Assembly (NCBI GenBank): GCA_015680685.1
Contig: MNCI01000563.1
Span: 1-64,000 of the forward strand
DNA: 64,000 nt
Source: Gnetum montanum
Lineage: Eukaryota; Plantae; Gnetophyta
Direction of reading: 5' to 3'
The translations under genes were made by a program, and so were the position numbers. Positions 39,179-49,114 of this stretch are shown one piece after another (position 1 is the stretch's first letter; each line of letters begins with the position of its first letter). The notes below the pieces were generated by a model. The model was not told the origin of the DNA, ran no database searches, and saw only the letters and a list, made by a program, of their open reading frames with translations.

Positions 39179-40380
39179 ATGGTCCCTCTTTGTTGATGTT
39201 TAGAGGGCTTGCCCGAAAGATGTTGACAAAGAATACGAAACACCGGATGAGTAAAAGTACCAACAACATTCATCAATGGTTACTCAGGTGTTGCCTTGTC
39301 ATTGGAGAAGTGCAGAAATGAGGGAAACAAAAGATAAAAGGGTATGGGAAGGAATTCTTATAGAAGTAAGAGGAAAAAGGTTCGGGGAAGACTCAAATGA
39401 GGTTCGGGGAAGACGCAAATGAGTGAGTATAGTTTTTTCACGTATAAGCACTTAGGATTTCTCCTGCGATTGTGTTTGCATGGAGTTATGTCATCATTTT
39501 GTAGATGAAGGGGCTTGCATAGATGAATTGTGTTGTGTCTGTGTAGCCTGGATGAGTTGTGTTTCATCCATTTTGCCGACCCACTTTTTTTTTTACGTCC
39601 ATTAGGTGAGTTGCATTACGTCGATTTATGGACTTGATTGTAATGCCAATGCAGAAAGCGTATATTGCGTATTCACATTTTGCGTAAGGGAAACAGATGG
39701 TGGAAATGCAGGGAAGTAATAGCTAGAGGTAGGATTATGAGGAAAACAGGGATGCACTCCTAAGTGGACAGGCTAACCTAAGCGGCCATCTCAAAATGCT
39801 GTCTGTATTTCACCGCTCAAATGAATGCACCTTTGAACAACATCCTAGTAGTAAGTGACCTGTAACCAAAGAAGAAAATAGAGGACACCATTGCTCGGTC
39901 AAATCACTAGAGAGGTTGTTGAAACAAGTACTGTTTGGGGCAAGACAGAGTGAGTGGGTCATGAAGGAGGAACTGTAGCACAAGACTAGAGTCTTCAACA
40001 TTGATGCTCGGCCCAGCATATCACTGCCAAAGAATATCAAGCTCATCGCACCCGACTGGTTATGCAAAGAACCAGCTAGGTGAATCTATGAAGCTAGAGC
40101 CTGATAGTGATGATGAGTGGAGATCCCCAAGGTTGTGGTTGATGAAAACTCCTTTGGAGCTCCAAGTGGCGAAACTAACCTCTCAAAGGTGCCACTGCTG
40201 GAATGAGTGTAGTGACAGCATCTCCGAGGGGTTAGTAGTATGCCTTTCAGTACATCCGAGGAATCAGTAGAATGCCTGTGAGGTAGTGATGCTGGGGTTG
40301 TCCCAACGTCCCACCCCATTTGTTTTGTAGCTGCACAGAGATGATTACACTCGCTTGGTTTGCATGTTGGCGGCCTGTAA

Positions 40381-41003
40381 GTCCTAGTTTTAAGTCCTGG
40401 TAGACTGTCATTGCTGGTTTTAAGTCTCAGCAGACCATGGTCCCAGTTTAAAGTCTGGGCGGAGTGAAAAAGTGCTAGTTTTACGTCATAGCAGATGGTG
40501 GTAGAACTAATTTATGGTCTCAGCAGACCGTGCTATGGATGTCAGTTTCATGTCATGACCCAGGGATAGATCTGTGCTGGTTTCTCGTCTCAGCAGACGG
40601 ATACTTACCTATGCCATTTTTATGTCCTGGTGGGCAGCCGGTGCCAGTTTAGCGTCGTGGTAGACGCGTGCAAGAAATACTAGTTTTACGTCTTGGCGGA
40701 CCTGTACAACACTGCCATTTTTACGTCATAGCAGACGATTGCAACTTGCTAGTTTTACGTCGTGGCGGACGATTGTTACCAGTTTAGCATCGTGGCAGAA
40801 GCGTGCAAGAAGTGCCAGTTTTACGTCATAGCGGACGATCAGTGCTAGTTTAGTGTCATGGAGGATGTATGAGGAGAGTGCTAGTTTAGCATCGTAGTGG
40901 ACGATTGTTGCTAGTTTAGCGTCGTAGCGGATGGTTGTTGCCAGTTTAGCATCGTAGCAGACGATTGTTGCCAATTTAGCGTCGTAGTGGATGATTGTTG
41001 CCA
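40381..41003. repeat. 30-37-bp tandem array downstream of integrase
   Basis: Units such as CCAGTTTAGCATCGTAGCAGACGATTGTTG; regular at the right end, degenerate leftward. Confidence 0.9.
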
Positions 41004-41059
41004 TGCCTGATGTTAACACTGGATATGTAGCTAAATGTAGTACTACTTCAGATATATAT

Positions 41060-43991
41060 GATTCACAGGATTGGGTAACTCATTGTCGTTCATATCTGCT
41101 AGCTTGAATGCACCGTTTCCATACACATTCGCTACCAAGAAAGGGCCCTCCCAGTTTGCAGAGAACTCGCCTACTAGTTTGCAAATGGCCGTGAGAACCA
41201 AATCTCCCTTCTTGATCGAACGTTGTTGAAGGTTATGACGGTGCTTCTACCTCTGCTTATCTTGATACTTTTCGATGGTATTAAGCGTCTATATTCACTT
41301 CTCCTCTATTGAATCCAAATCCATGATTCGAGACTCGGTGTGTTGAGCCTCATTTATAATCATAGAGAGGACCATTCGTAGAGAAGGAACTTGTAATTCG
41401 AGGGGCTGCACAGCCTCGGATCCATAGACTAGGCTATAGGGTGTACTTTCTATAGCTATTCTGCATGTGGTACGATACACCCATAGCACATAGAGGATCT
41501 TTTCATGCCCCCATCTCTTGTTGCTGTCAAGCATTTTCTTGAGTAAGTTGATAATGACCTTGTTTGTTGCTTTAGCTTGACCATTCGCTTGCAAGTAATA
41601 AGGTGAGGAAAAAGATTGTTTGATACCAAGTTTGTTGCAAAAGGATTTGGTTTCCAGACTACTAAATTGTGGCCCATTGTCCATCATGATAGTCATCGGG
41701 AGACCAAATCTAGTTACAATGTTATCTAGAATGAACTGACAGATCTGTTGGGATGTGATCTTTCGCAGAGGAATGGCTTCCACCCACTTCATGAAATACT
41801 CAGTGGCGGTGATTATGAAGCTATGACCTATGGAAGATTTCAGTGTGATAGGCCCTATAATGTCTAATCCCCATCGTTGAAAGGGCCATGTTATTTGAGT
41901 CATGTGTAGTTCTGTAGGCGACACGTGTATAAGGTTCACGTAATGTTGACACGTGTCGCACGTTTTAACCTTTGTAAGACAGTCTTTTTCCATGTACGGC
42001 CAATAATACCTTAAGCAACAGATTTTAGAGGCCATGGCCCGTGGTGCTATGTGTCCTCCGCATAATCCCTCGTGGACTTCATCGACTATACATTGCGCTT
42101 GATCTTTGTTAATGCAAGTAAGCAGTACTCCATCAAAAGAGCGTCTATAGAGGGTACTATCTCCTATGATGACGTACTGCCTAGCTCGCTTGCGAATTGC
42201 ATCTTTCTGCACACGTTTTAGTTCGTGCGTTTTAGTTTGTCGCCATGCAAGAGGTAATTTTTAATGTTGTCGTACCACTCTGGCATTCTATCCTCGAGCA
42301 GTGAAGATATTTGCACCGCCTGAATGATAGGGTCTGTACAATCTATTATTAAGGTGGGACAAGTGTTAAACAAGTGCAATGGCATGTTTAAAGCTAATGT
42401 AACCAGTGCATCGGCTAGTGTGTTATCGTTTCGGGGCATGTGTTGGGCATCGATCGTTGTGAACCGCTTCAGAAGATCTTTAGCCATATNNNNNNNNNNN
42501 NNNNNNNNNNNNNNNNNNNNNNNNNNNNNNNNNNNNNNNNNNNNNNNNNNNNNNNNNNNNNNNNNNNNNNNNNNNNNNNNNNNNNNNNNNNNNNNNNNNN
42601 NNNNNNNNNNNNNNNNNNNNNNNNNNNNNNNNNNNNNNNNNNNNNNNNNNNNNNNNNNNNNNNNNNNNNNNNNNNNNNNNNNNNNNNNNNNNNNNNNNNN
42701 NNNNNNNNNNNNNNNNNNNNNNNNNNNNNNNNNNNNNNNNNNNNNNNNNNNNNNNNNNNNNNNNNNNNNNNNNNNNNNNNNNNNNNNNNNNNNNNNNNNN
42801 NNNNNNNNNNNNNNNNNNNNNNNNNNNNNNNNNNNNNNNNNNNNNNNNNNNNNNNNNNNNNNNNNNNNNNNNNNNNNNNNNNNNNNNNNNNNNNNNNNNN
42901 NNNNNNNNNNNNNNNNNNNNNNNNNNNNNNNNNNNNNNNNNNNNNNNNNNNNNNNNNNNNNNNNNNNNNNNNNNNNNNNNNNNNNNNNNNNNNNNNNNNN
43001 NNNNNNNNNNNNNNNNNNNNNNNNNNNNNNNNNNNNNNNNNNNNNNNNNNNNNNNNNNNNNNNNNNNNNNNNNNNNNNNNNNNNNNNNNNNNNNNNNNNN
43101 NNNNNNNNNNNNNNNNNNNNNNNNNNNNNNNNNNNNNNNNNNNNNNNNNNNNNNNNNNNNNNNNNNNNNNNNNNNNNNNNNNNNNNNNNNNNNNNNNNNN
43201 NNNNNNNNNNNNNNNNNNNNNNNNNNNNNNNNNNNNNNNNNNNNNNNNNNNNNNNNNNNNNNNNNNNNNNNNNNNNNNNNNNNNNNNNNNNNNNNNNNNN
43301 NNNNNNNNNNNNNNNNNNNNNNNNNNNNNNNNNNCCATCCATGAAGGATAAAAGCACATGCCCAGTGGTTGTATCCACTAGTTGGTCGATACTCGGTAAT
43401 GGAAAATTATCCTTGATTGTAGCTTTGTTCAAGTCTCGGAAGTCTATGCAGATGCGTATCTCTCCGGTCTTTTTAGGAACAACTACAATGTTAGATACCC
43501 AGTCTGAGTAATCAACCGCACGAATAAAACCAGCCTGGTACAGTTTAGTGATCTCATCACGTACTGCTAGCATGACTTTTGGCTTAATTTTTTGTGCTTT
43601 TTGTCTAACTGCTTTGATATGGGGATCTAGAATTATGTTGTGTTGTATTAATCTTGGGTCTAGTCCCGGCATATCTTCGTATGACCATGCAAACACCGTG
43701 ATATTATTCTGGAGGATCTGTTTTATGTTGTCATGTGCCATTTTGTCTAGTAAAGAACTAACCTTTATGCGTAACCACAGAGACCTCATTAAGGAGGTCT
43801 TCAATTACATCTCCAGCTTCCAGATCTAGCGTGCGCGTCAATTGTTCTGGCCAGTCTTGAGATGTTTTCGACGTGGCTATGGTTGCGTCATCGAGGGAAA
43901 GGTTAGTTTCTACTAGCGTGAGATCAAATTTTCTAATGATTTCCCCTTGGGGGCTTGTTAAAACTAGGAGCGCAGGTAAAGTTTTGTCCAT
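41060..43991 (-). pseudogene. Element B pol: RT (partly in gap), aRH end, integrase
   Basis: FAWSYEDMPGLDP...CIDFRDLNKA...FPLPSIDQL; HMPRNDNTLADAL; 305-aa integrase ORF 41295-42212 (HxxxH..CxxC, WGLDIIGP, DNGPQF, NGQAKATNK); NWEGPF at ~41150; N gap 42490-43334. Confidence 0.95.
42490..43334. other. assembly gap
   Basis: run of N within element B pol. Confidence 1.
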
Positions 43992-44489
43992 TTAGCAATT
44001 GTCCTGCAAAATTGTCAAATATGAAAGTAATTAGAAAAATGCTAAGTTGGATGTGATAAACATTTAGCGTATAGCACTTCTTTTAGTCTAAAAGGAAAAA
44101 GGATGTGATGTGACGTTGCTGAGCATCGGAACCTGACTAAATTTTGAACATTGTGAACAGCCTGTAATTAATGTGACCTGATTACGAGGAGATAAGATGC
44201 AATAGTTTAAGGTCATTTCAGACTGTAATGCATGCGATATCTACCACAATTAATGCCTTGATTTTCGATTTCCAGCTCATACTGGCACCAGCATTTGGGC
44301 AAGTCTTGCTTTAATCGGGCATCAAGTCAGTTAGTTTTGCATATAAGTAGGCAGTTCGCATCGAAAACAGTCTGTTGGCTATCACAAATTTGAATTCTTG
44401 GCTGTCACCGAGAGAAGGAAAAAGAGCAAAAGACTACAGCATGTTATTTGTGAAGGTATTCAGGTGTGAAGGTGTTCAGGACTGCAACA

Positions 44490-47400
44490 ATGGCGCCGAA
44501 AGTTAGAGGAAAGAATACCAAGTTGGCTAAAATTAACGAAGTACAAGGGAGCCTGCAGCGTGCTTCGCAGGCCTTGGTCGAAGTGAGGGATGTCACTCCC
44601 TTGAATCGATAGGCCATCTCTTATTTACTCGTATTGATTCTTCTAATACGCTCTTTTTTTGTGTTTATTCTTTTTGCGTCCTCTGCGTAAACTAGAGTTT
44701 TATGCTGTAGACCTCGTATTGAAGCGAGGGTTTAGACGACAGTATTGCATCTATCATCGTTGTCTGAGACAGACCTTGTACTATTACAAAGGTTTCAGCA
44801 ATTTTGGTTGTATGGCTAGAGCGTAATTTTATAAATTTTCCTATAGTTTAAGCATGCAATCAGAATCTAGATGGTAACGTGTTTATTTTCTGTACAGTAT
44901 CATGGTGAAACCCGTCCTAATCGTTCTGGATATAGTCGGGGTTTTATGTTGTATAAACCCTATCGTACCCAATGTTCCTCCCCCTCAGACTTGGTTGCAG
45001 GGGAAGGCTATATGGTTCTAAAAGGGTGCGCTGGAGTTTCTACATTTTTGCTATGTAACTATAGTATTATCGTGTGGTCGCATCTGTCGGGCGATGTGGC
45101 TGGCACTATTTTGAAACATCTGTTAGTGGGTTCTACGTAGGACATCCTGGCTTTCTTGACAGATGGGGCTATTAACACTGGGCATCCCCAGGACCGCGAA
45201 CTTAGTGCTAGAGGATTCAGGTGTTTAAGTTGGATCTAGGAGATGCCCATATTTAGCTGCTATCATGCATATAATACTTTGTTCGTGGCTCGTCATGTTT
45301 CAACTTACTTTCAGAATCCTCCAGGCACGGTGTATTATTTAGGCAAGTAAGTTGTTTTACTGGCGGTATTGTCAATATGCTTCTAATGTCTGAATTTGCA
45401 AACTGTAGAAAAGTAATGTGTTATATGATACAGGTTTTTCATCAACGAGAATGGGTTAGTAGGCAATGGTGATACATTGTCTTGGACCGAAATGGCAATA
45501 AAGGAGTTTATGTCTACCAGCAACGTACGCGCCAGTGTAATGGGACAGACGGCCTTCAACATTCATGAGTATCCCACCCATTATGCTGATTCCTTCAAAA
45601 ATTGTCAGAATTTCGGGTGGTTACATAAAGAATGGACTTTGAACCCACCCCTTACCCTCGTGGACGTGCAAAGGAAGCTCCCTCCATTTCCTTTGCCATT
45701 TGGACCAGGTAAGGTTTTGTTGCTGCTATTAGTTACAGGGTATTATATTTTTTTGGTTTTGAAATGTTGCATAACAGTGTTTTCGCTATGTTGATATGTT
45801 CCATGTATTATCAGTCAGGGAATCCCAAGAGATTACCATCACTAATTCTGGCCGCGAGGCGAACACCCTCCTTTTCTGCTATGGCTACATAAAGGAGGTA
45901 CAACGCTGGCTTGGCCACGTAGTGGCCCCAGTTGCGTTGGTCGCCAAGCTGCGGGAAGCAAGGCTGATGCATTTATTTCTGGTCGTAACCCCTGATGTCC
46001 CCGCAAGCGAAATGTTGACCCTAGTTAACTCCTTCAGCGAGGGAGCTGAACGTTTTTGCACACGCGTGCGTCACATGCTTGTAAAGTTTGATATCGACGC
46101 TCAGCTATTCACTAACCTCTTTGGCGTCCCCTCTGACGATCTTCCCATAGAGGAAAAATCAGGGGAGAAGCATCAAATGTTAAAAAGAGTTGGAGGAGTG
46201 GTTGGGGATGAAGAAGGAGGCCAAGGGGATCCCTTGTGAAAAGATTGAATTAGAGGTTGCCAAGACTATTTATCCCCTCTTCCGAGCCCAAGCCTTCCCC
46301 AAAACACTCTCGCAGGGGAGGTTCTTTACTATAGAATAGGCCCGTATTATGTGAGAGGTGATGGAGGAGGGGACCCAATTTGACTGGGCAAGCTATTTCG
46401 CTAAGGGGTTATGCATTGAAATGGTGAGACTCCGTCAAAAGCTCGAGTCGCGTTTCAGTGTGCACTTCGCCTTCTTCATAGCTTGCCTCCAGCGTTTTGC
46501 CAAATTTTTGGTTATCTAGAGGAATGGGGTCTGGGTCCTACAAGACCGAGACCAGTTATCCAAACCTTGGATTTCTCATATCTTCAGCACTACTCAGGCA
46601 CAGGATCCTCCAGAGGGAATTGGGGAGTCACTATCTATAACGACTAGGGATTTGGTGGCATCTCAAATGTGGGGCCCTGACAGTGTAGCTGGGGCACTTC
46701 CCACTTACACTGGTGATGCATCATGGGGAAAGCGCATGGCTACAGAGATAGTAGACGCCTTGGTTCAGCGTAAAATACCTTGCTTAACCGAGGCCCCTAT
46801 GGAACTAGCAGGTGGCACGGGCAGAACTGTGCAAGTCAGAGTCCAGTGGAGTAAACCTCCACCTGGTAAGCATAAATACATAGTGAAAGTTATGGAAATT
46901 ATTGTATTATGCAACTTTATTCAAGGTATTCTAAATCGTTTAAATGTGTTATGTGGCATGAACAGGGAGACCTATAGAACGGTTGACCCTTGAAACATGG
47001 GCAGTGGTATTACGGCATGGGGAAGGGGCCCCAGTTTTGGAAGAGGAGGCCCCAACTGTTAGAATAAGTGATGCACAAACTCTTGTGCGTGAGGAGAGAG
47101 AGGAGGCGAAAAAAGTTGACACACTCCCCACTGTAATAGGTAGAGGTAATCAGTGTATTAGAATTTTTTGTTTGGAATTCTGTTAATAACTAGAAATTTT
47201 GACTTAATTACGCTATAGATGAACAAGGTGCATCCCCGTCCGTCATTGTCAGCAGAGTGTGGGGGGAATTCCCTGATAAGTTTGCCTTCATGGAAGACAT
47301 TGTCAGTGACATGATCGAGTGCCTCGAGCACGTGGATCCTGGTGCTGGTATGTTACTGCTATTGTACGCTTATTTTATTATAAGGTTATGATGTTTATTT

Positions 47401-48552
47401 ACATTTGATAATATTTGTTATCAGGAGCTCGCCTTCGATGGGACCCCACAGAGCCCATTGACCTAGACACAGTCGAGCCCTCATCGGATGGTACGGTCGT
47501 GCCATGCAACATTTATGAGGAAATGCGTAAATGTGCGTTATGCTCGACTCACTCCTTGTGGGAGAGTTAAAACGTCAATGAAGACCTCTAGAAGAAGCTG
47601 CAAAGGTCAGAGAAAGAAAGGATGTCTCTGACCAAAGAGGTTGGAGACTTAAAATTGCGATGTGAATTCCTGCAGGTGTGAGGAATGGATGAAGAGGACT
47701 GGTAGACGGCTGTTATCAACTAAGCTTGCTACTGGACCGCAGTCAGAAATAGTGTTCAAACCAGTCAAGAATTGGTGGAGCAAAGGATGCAAATAGAACT
47801 CTTGGCCCAAAAGAACCAGGACTGGAAGGATTTTTGCACAAGCGTCCAAGAGTGGGGGTAGAAAGAAAAGGATCACAAGCATCTGTATAAGCGAGAAAGT
47901 CTCACTTATCGTCAACACTATCGAGATTCTGACATTCAAGCTCAATCCTTGTGGGTGTTCCTCGATGTCATAGGTGCATCTAAGGCCTTCGAGAAGTTCC
48001 AAGAGCAGGTGACGGTAAGCGCGTCCCTAGAAAGGGAAATTACTCTTCCCGGGGAAGAGACTACAGTACCTACTTTCTTCCCTGAACCACCCCGATGGAC
48101 TAGCATGGAGAAAGGGAAAGTGAAGTTTGGAGCTATTCTGGGGGATGGAGTATGGTTAGAGTTAATCAAAGACGAAATCATGCAACTCCTGTGGGTCAGT
48201 TTAGACCAACTCCCCTTTGCTGCAGATGTAGGACCATCGTGAGTAAGTTTGAATTTTATTGAGTTTAAATTTTCTGATTTGTTTTATCATGGTTTTTGCT
48301 TATGTATATTGTATGTAGGTACAAGAAGTGGATGAAGGAGGTGAACAGGATGAGGAGCGTGTTCAGGAAGAAGAGCGTAATGAAGCAAACCGTACTCTTG
48401 GGAAGCCTGTGTTAGTGCAAGAACCTCGTGAAGATGACATTCCTCACGAAGGAATACTCTCCAAAAAGGATGGCCCACTCCAGGATGATTTTTTAGGGTT
48501 AGAGGCAGACTTAAGGGATACTGGTGACAGTGGTACTAGGGGGGATGTGTAA
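44490..48552 (+). pseudogene. Antisense multi-exon gene inside element B (FCP1/NIF-like HAD domain + plant-transposon/PMD-like domain + coiled coil/acidic tail)
   Basis: Exons 44898-45346, 45434-45708, 45815-46865, 46966-47145, 47219-47347, 47425-48242, 48319-48552 with GT..AG introns that all preserve frame; tentative first exon from ATG 44490 (MAPKVRGK), TATA-like ATATAAG at ~44341; a few stops and frameshifts. Confidence 0.8.
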
Positions 48553-49114
48553 TTGTGATTTACGCATAATTTTATTGATGAAATTTGAACAATGGTAATA
48601 TGAATGTTGGTGAGATTACTCATGAGATTTTTCTTATGGCTTTTATTTAATTTTATGTCTTTATTTATACAAAGCATAAACAGGATGGAATTAAAGACTT
48701 TGGATAGGTTGCGTTATTATGACTGTAGAATGGAGTATCTAGTTTAAGGCCATTGCGGGCCGTCACATAGCATTTTCATAAGATATAAATAGAATGAACT
48801 TGCTATTTTTAGGCCATTATGGGCCTTTATTTATTTTTAGACCATTGCGGGCCACCGCTAGTTTTAGGCCATTGCGGGCCATTTGCGTACGTCTGGGAGT
48901 GTAATTAATAAAAATGTACATATCTGCGTAATTGTGCTAATATGACTAGTAGAAGTCAAGAAGCGTAAATAGCATAAAATGGAGAATGTAAATAGCATAA
49001 TTGATAGAAATCGTAAATACATTTATGTATATTAAAGAAAACTAACAATCAAATTCGATAAGTGTAAGCAAAAAACTAGTAAAAGTGTAACGATGCGCGT
49101 AAATACCACTCAGA

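Noticed and set aside
39179-39183. Extending element B LTRs by ATGG, which follows both LTR copies
   Set aside because: The canonical CA end at 54778 and perfect ATGGC TSD fix the boundary; the similarity to the PPT-side spacer appears coincidental
40381-41003. CRISPR-like appearance of ~30-bp repeats (also 14450-14815)
   Set aside because: Units are contiguous and degenerate with no unique spacers, there are no cas genes, and the context is a plant retrotransposon
42490-43334. Deletion of RNase H region in element B (gap 845 N vs ~1.3 kb in A)
   Set aside because: Gap size is only an assembler estimate, so a real deletion cannot be inferred
44490-48552. Host gene interrupted or flanked by transposons
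   Set aside because: It lies wholly inside one LTR-bounded, TSD-flanked element and recurs at the same internal position in element A, so it is element cargo
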